In this document: positions 1-8,504 of the stretch, piece by piece
Layout: each line of letters opens with the position of its first letter
How positions within the stretch are numbered: position 1 is the stretch's first letter
Assembly (NCBI GenBank): GCA_037132255.1
Contig: JBAXPN010000005.1
Location: forward strand, 1-54,914
Direction: 5' to 3'
DNA length: 54,914 nt
DNA from: Candidatus Falkowbacteria bacterium
GTDB taxonomy: Bacteria > Patescibacteriota > Patescibacteriia > Patescibacteriales > UBA12465
The notes under the pieces: model-generated
What the model was told of the DNA's origin: nothing
The model's database searches: none
What the model saw: only the letters and a program-made list of their open reading frames with translations
Made by a program: the position numbers and the translations under genes

Positions 1-64
1 TTCTTTCAAAGAGCCATATAATGTCCTCTCTAAAATTGAAAATAAAAGCGATTTTAACTCAGTG

Positions 65-155
65 CGGAGAAGGAGGGATTCGAACCCTCGATAGGAGAAT
101 AAACTCCTATAACAGGTTAGCAACCTGCCGCTTTCAGCCGCTCAGCCACCTCTCC
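65..155 (-). tRNA. tRNA-Ser (anticodon GCU), 91 nt, long variable arm, CCA not encoded
   Basis: The reverse complement folds by hand as a cloverleaf. Acceptor GGAGAGG/CTTCTCC, anticodon arm GCAGG-TTGCTAA-CCTGT (anticodon GCT), long variable arm ATAGGAG..CTCCTAT, T arm GAGGG-TTCGAAT-CCCTC. Confidence 0.9.
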
Positions 156-289
156 ATTTATATTTGGTTACTAGCTCGCTCTCTACTTAACTTTAGTAAG
201 TGCCACTTTTTACCTCAAAGCCACCTCTCCATTTATATTTGGTTACTAGCTCGCTCTCTACTTAACTTTAGTAAGTGCCACTTTTTACC
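144..289. repeat. Perfect 71-bp direct repeat, two copies (144-214 and 219-289) separated by 4 bp. Each copy holds the first 12 nt of tRNA-Ser plus 59 nt of its upstream region
   Basis: Base-by-base comparison of the two copies shows them identical. The flanks (143 vs 218, 215 vs 290) differ. Confidence 0.95.
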
Positions 290-369
290 AATAAACCGAC
301 TCTCCAATGTTTTTATTTTTTATGGTATAATTACTATATAAAATATAGCATTGCTTGTCAAACTAATAT

Positions 370-888
370 ATGTCACAAAATAACGAAAAATATTTACGCT
401 GGCAGGTACCAGAGTACCGGATACCAGAAAGAAATCGGATCTGGTATATTATCGCCTCCGTCTTTTTATTAATCTGTGTCTTCTTTTCTTTTTTTACGAT
501 TGCACATTGGCGTATTAGTTTTCTCGGCTATAACTCTAATTTTCTTTTTGTCTTAATAATCATTATTTCCGCGGCTATTATGTACGTCAACGAAAAGCGT
601 CCGCCACTGATGATTAATTTTGAGCTCGGTCCGGAAGGAGTAAAAATCGGCTCTAAATTCTACGACTACGACGATTTAAAAAATTTCTGTGTTCTCTATA
701 AACCAAAGCAAAGCATCAAAAATTTATACTTTGAATTTAAAACATCGGCTCGTCCTCGTCTCTCAATTCCGATGAGACGGATGGACGCTTTAACGGTTCG
801 CAACTTTTTGATTCGCTATTTAGACGAAGACTTAGAAAGAAATAACGCGCCCCTATCCGAACAGTTGACTAAACTGCTGAAATTATAA
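370..888 (+). CDS. Hypothetical membrane protein (two N-terminal hydrophobic helices, then a soluble domain)
   Basis: ATG-started 172-aa ORF. Hydrophobic segments IWYIIASVFLLICVFFSFF and FLFVLIIIISAAIMY. No family recognised. Confidence 0.6.
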   Translation: MSQNNEKYLRWQVPEYRIPERNRIWYIIASVFLLICVFFSFFTIAHWRISFLGYNSNFLFVLIIIISAAIMYVNEKRPPLMINFELGPEGVKIGSKFYDYDDLKNFCVLYKPKQSIKNLYFEFKTSARPRLSIPMRRMDALTVRNFLIRYLDEDLERNNAPLSEQLTKLLKL

Positions 889-906
889 TAAACTAGTTAG
901 CAGCTA

Positions 907-978
907 GCACCCATCGTTCAACGGATAGGACGTAAGCTTGCGGAGTTTAAAATCCAGGTTCGATTCCTGGTGGGTGCA
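907..978 (+). tRNA. tRNA-Arg (anticodon GCG), 72 nt, CCA not encoded
   Basis: Hand-folded cloverleaf. Acceptor GCACCCA/TGGGTGC, D arm GTTC..GGAC, anticodon arm TAAGC-TTGCGGA-GTTTA (anticodon GCG, G37), T arm CCAGG-TTCGATT-CCTGG. Confidence 0.85.
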
Positions 979-1000
979 CATACATATTATACTTAAAAAG

Positions 1001-1028
1001 CTGGAGCCATTTTGGCCCCAGTTTTTTT
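1001..1028 (+). terminator. Putative intrinsic terminator after tRNA-Arg
   Basis: Hairpin CTGGAGCC-atttt-GGCCCCAG (one mismatch) followed by a T7 run. Confidence 0.5.
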
Positions 1029-1071
1029 ATGGCTATTTGCGGCTAAGCCTCTAGTTTGTTAGACTTTTAGT

Positions 1072-3108
1072 ATGATAAGCCTTAAGTCAAAAATTGAAGA
1101 ATTGCACCGCGTTGGTGCGGCGACAAGTAAAATTCTTGGACGTCTTGAGCTCTATACGGTTCAAGACCTGCTTTTCTATTTCCCTTTCCGCTACGATGAC
1201 TTCTCAAAAAGTCTCCCGATTGCCGATCTGACGATAAACACCAATGTTAATATTATTGGCACAGTTGAATTAATACAAAACAAACGGAGCGCTCGTCGAA
1301 AAATGTATTTAACTGAGGCCCTGCTAAGCGACGAAACGGACACAATAAAAATAATCTGGTTTAATCAACCTTTTCTAACTAGATCTCTTAAAGTCGGTGA
1401 TCGCATTTCCGTCGCTGGACGTGTTAGCGAGAGTCACGGGCAATTAACAATCATTTCTCCACAATATGAAAGGATTAATTCAGACGATTTAATTCATACT
1501 AAGGGCTTAGTTCCGAATTATCATTTAACTTCTGCCATTAGCCAAAAACAAATTCGCTCCTTAATCAAACAGGTGATTTCTTTGGCGACTTCTGTGCCCG
1601 ATTGGTTACCAAGTGAAATTAGAAAACGTCTTTCCCTTCTTGATTTAAGCGAAGCCTTAAATAAAATTCATTTCCCCAAAAATTTAAACGAGGCTTTTGC
1701 TGCGCAAAAACGCTTAGGATTTACCGAACTTTTTTTACGCCAATTAAAAGCGCAATTAATTAAAAAACAGATTAAAAGTAAAGTTGCCCCGAAAATTATA
1801 TTCCAAACAAAAATTACTCAAGATTTTGTTTCTTCCCTTCCCTTTAAATTAACTGATGCCCAGAAAAAAGCGGCCTGGGAAATTTTACAAGACCTTGAAA
1901 AAGGCGAACCGATGAGCCGGCTACTTGAAGGAGATGTCGGAAGCGGAAAAACCTTAGTGGCGATAATGGCGCTACTGAACGTGGCGCTTAATAAAAAACA
2001 AGCAGCTCTAATGGTCCCGACGGAAATTCTCGCCGAGCAACATTTTAAATCCATTACTCGTCTTTTGAAACCATACGATTTAAATATTGAATTATTAACG
2101 CATAGCCATAAGGTTACAGATATTAATTCGGCTGACATTATTATCGGAACTCAAGCCTTAATTCAAGAAACGGTTAAATTTAATAATTTAGCGCTTGTTA
2201 TTGTCGATGAACAGCATCGTTTTGGGGTTAAACAAAGGCAGAAACTATTAGATTATAATAATGATAGCGCGACTACACCGCATTTTTTATCAATGACCGC
2301 GACGCCGATCCCTCGCTCCCTCGCTCTTTCGATTTATGGTGATTTAGATCTTTCTATTATTAGTCAGATGCCGGCGAACCGCAAAAAAATTATTACCTCT
2401 CTTGTTACTGAAACTCGTCGACCAGCCGCTTATGAATTCATTCGTCGTGAAATTAAATCGGGACGCCAAGCCTTTGTCGTTTGTCCGCTAATAGATGACT
2501 CCGATAAACTCGGAGTTAAATCAGTTAAAAAAGAACACGAGAAATTAGATAAAGAAATATTTCCGGAATTAAAAGTTGGTTTACTGCACGGCAAACTTAA
2601 GGCTAAAGAAAAAGAAGCGATCATGAATGATTTCTTGGCCAATAAAATTCAGATACTTGTTTCTACTTCTGTAATCGAGGTCGGCGTCGATGTGCCAAAT
2701 GCGACAATGATGATTATTGAAGGCGCCGAACGTTTTGGTCTAGCGACTCTTCATCAATTCCGCGGTCGCGTTGGTCGCAGTGATTATCAATCATATTGTA
2801 TTCTCTTCCCCTCGAATGAAGAGATAACAAATCCCAAAACGATTGAACGCCTTGAAGCGATGACAAAATACAGCGACGGCTTTTCTCTCGCCAAAATAGA
2901 TTTAAAACTTCGCGGCGCCGGTGAAATATATGGTGCAAGTCAAAGCGGCTTCCCAGAACTGCAAATTGCCTCTCTCTTTGATTATGAAACTATAAAAAAA
3001 GCGCAGGCCGAAGCGAGCGCGATAATAATAAAAGATCCTGAGCTTGATAAACATCCTCTGCTTAAAGCCAAGCTCGGAGAATGGGAAGATTCAATTCATT
3101 TAGAGTAA
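1072..3108 (+). CDS. recG: ATP-dependent DNA helicase RecG
   Basis: 678 aa. N-terminal wedge/OB region, Walker A GDVGSGKT, DEQHRFG (DEQH box), helicase C motifs (QFRGRVGRS), typical RecG length. Confidence 0.9.
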   Translation: MISLKSKIEELHRVGAATSKILGRLELYTVQDLLFYFPFRYDDFSKSLPIADLTINTNVNIIGTVELIQNKRSARRKMYLTEALLSDETDTIKIIWFNQPFLTRSLKVGDRISVAGRVSESHGQLTIISPQYERINSDDLIHTKGLVPNYHLTSAISQKQIRSLIKQVISLATSVPDWLPSEIRKRLSLLDLSEALNKIHFPKNLNEAFAAQKRLGFTELFLRQLKAQLIKKQIKSKVAPKIIFQTKITQDFVSSLPFKLTDAQKKAAWEILQDLEKGEPMSRLLEGDVGSGKTLVAIMALLNVALNKKQAALMVPTEILAEQHFKSITRLLKPYDLNIELLTHSHKVTDINSADIIIGTQALIQETVKFNNLALVIVDEQHRFGVKQRQKLLDYNNDSATTPHFLSMTATPIPRSLALSIYGDLDLSIISQMPANRKKIITSLVTETRRPAAYEFIRREIKSGRQAFVVCPLIDDSDKLGVKSVKKEHEKLDKEIFPELKVGLLHGKLKAKEKEAIMNDFLANKIQILVSTSVIEVGVDVPNATMMIIEGAERFGLATLHQFRGRVGRSDYQSYCILFPSNEEITNPKTIERLEAMTKYSDGFSLAKIDLKLRGAGEIYGASQSGFPELQIASLFDYETIKKAQAEASAIIIKDPELDKHPLLKAKLGEWEDSIHLE

Positions 3109-3133
3109 TATATTCTTGAAATAAAAAGAAAAA

Positions 3134-3166
3134 ACCCTGCAAGCAGAAGCGAGCAGGGTTATTTTC
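3134..3166. terminator. Bidirectional intrinsic terminator between recG and a convergent small ORF
   Basis: ACCCTGC-12 nt loop-GCAGGGT stem, flanked by an A-run upstream and a T-rich run downstream, so it has a U-tract in both orientations. Confidence 0.6.
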
Positions 3167-3248
3167 GAAAGAATGTGCACAATATTGCAAACAATATAAG
3201 TCCCGATACTAAACCGCTAATTTTGATTTTTTCATTAAAAGTACTCAT
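3159..3248 (-). CDS. Possible 29-aa small membrane protein (MSTFNEKIKISGLVSGLILFAILCTFFRK)
   Basis: ATG preceded by GGAGGG about 9 nt upstream. Single hydrophobic helix. The stop lies at the foot of the terminator hairpin. Below the ORF-track cutoff, translated by hand. Confidence 0.35.
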   Translation of the reverse strand: MSTFNEKIKISGLVSGLILFAILCTFFRK

Positions 3249-3494
3249 CTATTAAGGCCCTCCGCGGCCTGTATGTTTAGTGAAATTTTCATTTTCTACT
3301 TAGTCTAATAATATCACGTTTTATATATAATGTCAATAGAGAGATACAAAAACTAATAGTATTTAATAATATTAGCCAAAATTTATCATGGGCGCTCAAG
3401 CATAACTACCACCCCATTGACATTATGTCAAGCTAATGATAGTATAATTTTATGTTCATTAATTAACTTATTACTAACCAAAAAAAATCTTCTC

Positions 3495-3806
3495 ATGGAA
3501 GAATTCATGACTGCTTGGAAAGACGGGTCCGAAATCACGGTTGACCCTAACAATGTGGTAGTTAATGCTGCTGGCACAAATATGACGGTGGCGACCTATC
3601 CCGAAAAACAATTAACTCACGGAAACAAACAACCCGTATTTGAATTATTCCGGACTTTGGAGGTTGGTGAAAAAAACCAAAAAAAACTGGAAAGTATTTT
3701 CCAAATTGAAGCGGCTAAAATCAGGGGTCGTGTAAAAAGTACAAAGACTGCACTGCGGTCAGAAAAAAAATTCAATAAAGTGGAAAGACAATTGTCTGCC
3801 AATTAA
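3495..3806 (+). CDS. Hypothetical small soluble protein, start uncertain (ATG 3495 or ATG 3507)
   Basis: The track ORF starts at TTG 3417, which sits in a TTGACA hexamer in an AT-rich non-coding-looking stretch. Internal ATGs at 3495 and 3507 (GGAAGA 4 nt upstream of 3507) are more plausible. No family recognised. Confidence 0.45.
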   Translation: MEEFMTAWKDGSEITVDPNNVVVNAAGTNMTVATYPEKQLTHGNKQPVFELFRTLEVGEKNQKKLESIFQIEAAKIRGRVKSTKTALRSEKKFNKVERQLSAN

Positions 3807-3833
3807 AACAAAATATTATTTCAAACAACAAAA

Positions 3834-3861
3834 AACGGGAGTCCAAAAGACCCCGTTTTTC
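3834..3861. terminator. Intrinsic terminator between convergent genes (hypothetical + / radA -)
   Basis: AACGGG-12 nt-CCCGTT hairpin with an A-run before and T-run after. Confidence 0.55.
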
Positions 3862-3889
3862 ATTTTCCTAATCTATTAAATTTATCAAC

Positions 3890-5236
3890 TCATTTTATAA
3901 TCTCTATGAGCTCGCTTAAATCTTTTATTTTAATTAGATTTAATTTACCAACTTTGACCTCAACGTTCGGAATAATCGCAGTTTGATAACCAAGGCGCTC
4001 CGCTTCCTTTAATCTTTCTTCAAGACGAAAGACATTGCGTACTTCCCCGCCTAAACCGACCTCGCCAAGAACGATTGTCCGTCGGTCAAAATTCTTATTG
4101 GCGCTTGAGGAAATTATGGCCGCACAAGCCGCTAAATCAAGGGCGGGGTCAGATATCTTGAGCCCACCAACAACATTTAGGATTATATCAGCGCTAATCA
4201 AATTAACCCTAGTTCGCTTCGATATTACGGCACTTATTACCTGTAAGCGACTAACGTCAAAACCGCTCGCCTTACGCTGCGGATAGCCAAATACTGTCTT
4301 AGTCACAAGCGCCTGCAAATCGATCAGGAAGGGCCTTGTACCCTCAATAACACAGCCTATAACCGAGCCGGAGAGATTACCAAGATTACCCTCAACAAAG
4401 ACTAAACTCGGGTTTTTTACCTCTTTAAACCCGGTTCCAGTCATCTCCAGGACGCCGAGCTCGTTAACCGAACCAAAGCGGTTTTTTGTCGCACGCAGCA
4501 GACAATAATTATTATTTGTTTCATTCTCGAGATATAAAACAGTATCGACAATATGTTCAAGAGACTTTGGACCGGCAACTTGTCCGTCCTTAGTTATATG
4601 ACCGATAAGAAGAACGGCGATATCATTCGTTTTTGCAAGTTCGAGAAATTTAACAGCTGCCGCTCTAATCTGCGAAATATTACCGGCTTCTGTCGGGATT
4701 AATGATGAATAGACCGTCTGAATAGAATCAATTATTAAAATATCTGGTTTAACTTTCGAAGCGGTCGTAACGATTTTTTCAATATTCGTTTCCGAAATAA
4801 ATTTAATATTTTTTAAATCACATTCTAAACGACTTAAACGTGATTTAACTTGCGCAGCCGATTCTTCACCGCTCACATAAATAGTTTCATAATTTTTACC
4901 AACGGCATCAGCAATTTGCGCAACCAGCGTCGACTTACCTATACCCGGTTCGCCGCTTAAAAGAACAAGCGACCCTGGCACTAAACCTCCACCTAAAACA
5001 CGATCGATTTCGTTAATACCAGTTTTCATACGCTCAAGAGAAGTCGCCTTAATCGCTGACAAATCAATGATTTCGGCGCCCCCAAGTTTCTTGGTCATTT
5101 CTTTTTGCGCTTCCTTCGAATCAGTAACTTCTTCCTTGAGCGTTCCCCAAGAGCCGCACTCCAAACAACGCCCACTCCATTTAGGATGTTGGGCGTCGCA
5201 ATTACTGCAAACAAATATAGTTTTTATAGTAGCCAT
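3890..5236 (-). CDS. radA: DNA repair protein RadA/Sms
   Basis: 448 aa. N-terminal zinc finger CSNCDAQHPKWSGRCLECGSWG, Walker A GEPGIGKST, KNRFG motif, C-terminal Lon-like domain. Confidence 0.92.
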   Translation of the reverse strand: MATIKTIFVCSNCDAQHPKWSGRCLECGSWGTLKEEVTDSKEAQKEMTKKLGGAEIIDLSAIKATSLERMKTGINEIDRVLGGGLVPGSLVLLSGEPGIGKSTLVAQIADAVGKNYETIYVSGEESAAQVKSRLSRLECDLKNIKFISETNIEKIVTTASKVKPDILIIDSIQTVYSSLIPTEAGNISQIRAAAVKFLELAKTNDIAVLLIGHITKDGQVAGPKSLEHIVDTVLYLENETNNNYCLLRATKNRFGSVNELGVLEMTGTGFKEVKNPSLVFVEGNLGNLSGSVIGCVIEGTRPFLIDLQALVTKTVFGYPQRKASGFDVSRLQVISAVISKRTRVNLISADIILNVVGGLKISDPALDLAACAAIISSSANKNFDRRTIVLGEVGLGGEVRNVFRLEERLKEAERLGYQTAIIPNVEVKVGKLNLIKIKDLSELIEIIK

Positions 5237-5269
5237 AATCAGATTTCTTAAGAATGTATTAATAAGATT

Positions 5270-5896
5270 TTATTTCTTTTCCCAATAGGCTTTATCAAAT
5301 AACCATTCCCCGCCAACCTTAACCAGGCTTAAACTAAGATTTTGATTATACGACTCGCCACCATTAATTTTCTCTGTACTTTCACGACGCTGTGTACCGA
5401 TTAAAATTTCCGCTTGCCCGGCTGCGTCATCAAATTTCTTTACTTCATAAGTTAGTGAATCCGTAACTATTCCGTAATAAGCAGAGCTACTGTTCGGTTG
5501 AGTCTTTAATTCTTCAACATATTTATCGGCCCAAGTTTTCATATTATCCGTCATCAGAATTTTTAAATCTGTGAAATTCCCATAGCTAGATTGATTAGAA
5601 AAAGAGCCGAAGCGTTCAGCGAAAGACATAGATATTTTTCCCAGATCATCACCATTGATTTGATGAGTCGCTTCGCTGGCCGCATTATATTTTTGATAAT
5701 TACGTGGCTGATCGCTTGGAGTCGTTGTTCCTATCGTTGGAGCGCTCGGTAATTGGCCAGTAACTTCAGGGACCTCAGTATTATCGATAACAGTCGGGGA
5801 ACTCTTTCTTAGAAATCCGAAATACACTATTAGCCCGATGATAATAAGTCCGATGACGATAATTAGTATTCCAATTTTTTTGCGATCCGTTTGCAT
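5270..5896 (-). CDS. Bitopic membrane protein, last gene of the T4SS-like operon. Possible VirB8/TcpC-position component
   Basis: 208 aa. N-terminal TM (IGILIIVIGLIIIGLIVYFGF), Pro/Thr linker, about 120-aa compact C-terminal domain. The functional call rests only on position and architecture. Confidence 0.6.
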   Translation of the reverse strand: MQTDRKKIGILIIVIGLIIIGLIVYFGFLRKSSPTVIDNTEVPEVTGQLPSAPTIGTTTPSDQPRNYQKYNAASEATHQINGDDLGKISMSFAERFGSFSNQSSYGNFTDLKILMTDNMKTWADKYVEELKTQPNSSSAYYGIVTDSLTYEVKKFDDAAGQAEILIGTQRRESTEKINGGESYNQNLSLSLVKVGGEWLFDKAYWEKK

Positions 5897-5919
5897 ATAT
5901 TTTTAATTAATTTGCGTAT

Positions 5920-7812
5920 TTAAGCCTTAGTATTTAAACTCTCCTCGAAATCTTTTTTTGCCTCCTCAATTTCGAGTAGTTGACGCGGGTCAGAAGTAAT
6001 TAATTGATCTTCGGTGTATGAAGCAACTACCTTCATGGCCACGTGCTTATTCCCAGCAAAGAAAATACCTTCTCCAATTCCGCATTCAAGCAATAAATAT
6101 TTTTCTCCTTCAGTAAGCATGAAAGTTTTCTGGATTAAATCGATTGAGGCCGGAGACTGCTTGAGTAAAACTTGCAGCGATGAGTTTGTCACAATCGCCT
6201 GCCCGTAGGGAGAGGCTAAAAAATCATTCACATCCTGCGTAATCGTCGTCACTCCTAAATAATATTTACGGCAACGTTTAACGAGCGCAAAAATAAATTT
6301 CGCGGAATCTTCATGTTGCATCATCCACCAGGCTTCATCAATAACCAGAATACGCTTCTTCATTTCGCTGCGGACGACATTCCAAATATAATTAATAATC
6401 GTATAAATGGCGATTGGACGTAACTCATCTTCAAGATCGCGAACAGAAAAACAAATTAATTGGTTATTCATCTCGACATTGGTCGGGTTATTTAATAGAC
6501 CGGCAAATGTTCCCTGCGTGAATTTACGTAATCTTAGCGCTAAATCAGCACCACCTTCCATACCATCTAAAACCTGCTCAAGGTCAGACATAATTGGCGG
6601 TTCAATTTTCGATAAATCAGAATCAGGAGTAATATCTTTTTTAGCGTATGTTTCAAGAAGCGCGCGATCAACAATTGAATCCTCGTCGTAATTTAAATTA
6701 CCCAACATTAAACGGACCAAACCCTTTAAAGTAATAACGGCGCTACGAATAATATCTTTTGGTTTTGATTCCCCTCCAACCGAGCGCGGCAAATCAAAAG
6801 GATTAATTTTATTTTCCGATGACAAAGAAATATTAATATAAGTTCCGCCAACAGCTTCTGATAAATGTTTATATTCATATTCCGGATCAATAACAATAAC
6901 ATCAGTGCCGAGCATTAAGGAACGCAAAATTTCTAACTTAATCGCATAACTTTTTCCGGCGCCGGAGGTCGCGAAAACAACTGAATTCGCATTCTGAAGA
7001 GTAAAGCGATCAAATAAAATTAAACTATTATTATGGCGATTAATACCGTATAAAATACCTTGGTCGCTAGTCAGTTCGCTTGAAATAAACGGGAAGGATG
7101 AGGCAATCGGTGATGAATTCATGTTGAAGGTAATAAATAATTCATCATTACCTAGTGGTAAGGTTGAATTAAATCCCTGTTCTGCTTGATAATAAACACG
7201 TCGCGAATAAACTAAACGTGAACCAAAAATATCTTCGACTTGATCGGATACTCGATCTAAATCTTCAGCGTTATCCGCGTAAAGCGTAACATATAGAGCA
7301 AATTGAAAAAACTTTTCTGTTCCCTGCGTTAGGGCATCACGTAAATATTCAATATCACGTAGAGCAGTCTCACGAAGAGGATCACGCGCTGCTCCCTTCT
7401 CGGCGTCAGAAATAATTTGCGCTTCGAGGGAGCCCACTTTATTTTTCAATTGTTTTAAAACAATTGAACTTTTAACGGGATAAAAAAACATCGAAACATC
7501 AAAAGTAAAATTTAAATTAATTATCGGCGCGAACCAACCGACGGAAATATAACGCGGATAACTAATAACAAAAATTGTTCTTAAAAATTTATCTCCGAGA
7601 TGCAAAAAATTAGCCTCAATTTTAAGACTTGCTGGCGCAATAATATCACGGACTGATAAAACGCCTCGACGGAAAGCCTTCTCTTCTTCAATTACTTCTC
7701 GCGTTAATACCGGGTTCTCTTCTAAACTTGGGCCGGTCTTACGCGCTCCTAAAGTAACTGTTGATTGCAGAGTAAACTTATTTGGATTTTCCTCCTTATT
7801 AAAATTAACCAT
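5920..7812 (-). CDS. virB4: VirB4/TrbE/PrgJ-family type IV secretion ATPase
   Basis: 630 aa. Walker A ATSGAGKSY, Walker B ILVIDEAWWMM (the DEAW typical of VirB4), C-terminal TTITQDVNDF motif. N-domain motif YPRYISVGWFAPIINL..FDVSMFFYP resembles Gram-positive VirB4s. Confidence 0.85.
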   Translation of the reverse strand: MVNFNKEENPNKFTLQSTVTLGARKTGPSLEENPVLTREVIEEEKAFRRGVLSVRDIIAPASLKIEANFLHLGDKFLRTIFVISYPRYISVGWFAPIINLNFTFDVSMFFYPVKSSIVLKQLKNKVGSLEAQIISDAEKGAARDPLRETALRDIEYLRDALTQGTEKFFQFALYVTLYADNAEDLDRVSDQVEDIFGSRLVYSRRVYYQAEQGFNSTLPLGNDELFITFNMNSSPIASSFPFISSELTSDQGILYGINRHNNSLILFDRFTLQNANSVVFATSGAGKSYAIKLEILRSLMLGTDVIVIDPEYEYKHLSEAVGGTYINISLSSENKINPFDLPRSVGGESKPKDIIRSAVITLKGLVRLMLGNLNYDEDSIVDRALLETYAKKDITPDSDLSKIEPPIMSDLEQVLDGMEGGADLALRLRKFTQGTFAGLLNNPTNVEMNNQLICFSVRDLEDELRPIAIYTIINYIWNVVRSEMKKRILVIDEAWWMMQHEDSAKFIFALVKRCRKYYLGVTTITQDVNDFLASPYGQAIVTNSSLQVLLKQSPASIDLIQKTFMLTEGEKYLLLECGIGEGIFFAGNKHVAMKVVASYTEDQLITSDPRQLLEIEEAKKDFEESLNTKA

Positions 7813-7817
7813 AGAAT

Positions 7818-8498
7818 TTATTTCTCAACTCGTATTTTATCCAAATCAACTAGCGCTTGATTCTTAGAGGTCTCGGGATTATATGTCTTATAATATAATT
7901 CAATCAAACTTTGCGTATCAAGTCGGGCGACAGCGACACCCATCGACTCGAGGCCACCGATAACACTTTCATTGCGGCGCTCAAGCATTTCCTGATATTC
8001 ACGGAAGGTCTTTTCTTTTAATTTAATAATTGTCGCTGGCTTTAAAGCCTCACTAATAAGACTAAAAAAGCCTTTTCGCTTATCGGATAAGGGGTTATAA
8101 GGAACAATAATATAAAAGCGCTTATTCATGATTTTACCAAGTGAAGTCAGTTCTTTAATATACTCAATATAATCAGCTGTTTGAACCTTAAGTAATTTAT
8201 TAGTTTGCTCTTTTTCCTTTTCCTTTAAATACTGCAGATAATTATCAATATCTAATTCACGCGATTGAATAACAATTTGCAAGGTAAATGATAAGTTATT
8301 TAAAAAACGAACATAAGAATCAATGACCGCATTTTGCTCGTCTTCACTTTTTAAAGCAAAGTTAATACTCGAGACAAGCAAGACTGCACGCAAAGTGCCA
8401 TCCTTCATGACAATAGTATTTTCTTTTATTTCCGCAATATCCAAATACTGCTGAGTAGAAACGGAAATATTATTTTTTGCTAAACTATTTTTTGGCAT
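7818..8498 (-). CDS. Hypothetical protein with a VirB4 N-terminal-domain-like signature
   Basis: 226 aa. STQQYLDIAEIKENTIVMKDGTLRAVLLVSSINFALKSEDEQNAVIDSYVRFLNNL resembles the N-terminal segment of long Firmicute VirB4s (Tn916 Orf16 type, from memory). It ends 5 nt before virB4, in another frame. Confidence 0.55.
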   Translation of the reverse strand: MPKNSLAKNNISVSTQQYLDIAEIKENTIVMKDGTLRAVLLVSSINFALKSEDEQNAVIDSYVRFLNNLSFTLQIVIQSRELDIDNYLQYLKEKEKEQTNKLLKVQTADYIEYIKELTSLGKIMNKRFYIIVPYNPLSDKRKGFFSLISEALKPATIIKLKEKTFREYQEMLERRNESVIGGLESMGVAVARLDTQSLIELYYKTYNPETSKNQALVDLDKIRVEK

Positions 8499-8504
8499 AG
8501 TATA

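Noticed and set aside
144-289. Direct repeats considered as a mini CRISPR array.
   Set aside because: There are only two copies, each 71 bp long, with a 4-bp spacer. They contain a tRNA fragment, and no cas genes are present.
21-341. 106-aa + strand ORF in the track.
   Set aside because: It runs antisense across tRNA-Ser and through both copies of the 71-bp repeat, so its internal repeat (SHLSIYIWLLARSLLNFSKCHFLP twice) is just the DNA duplication. It is not a gene.
3417-3494. TTG-initiated 5' extension of the 3417-3806 ORF, and a TTGACA ... TATAAT pair (3417-3422 / 3443-3448) considered as a promoter.
   Set aside because: The extension is AT-rich and low-complexity, and it starts inside the hexamer itself. 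The two hexamers are 20 nt apart, too far for a good sigma70 promoter, so I neither keep the long ORF nor call the promoter.
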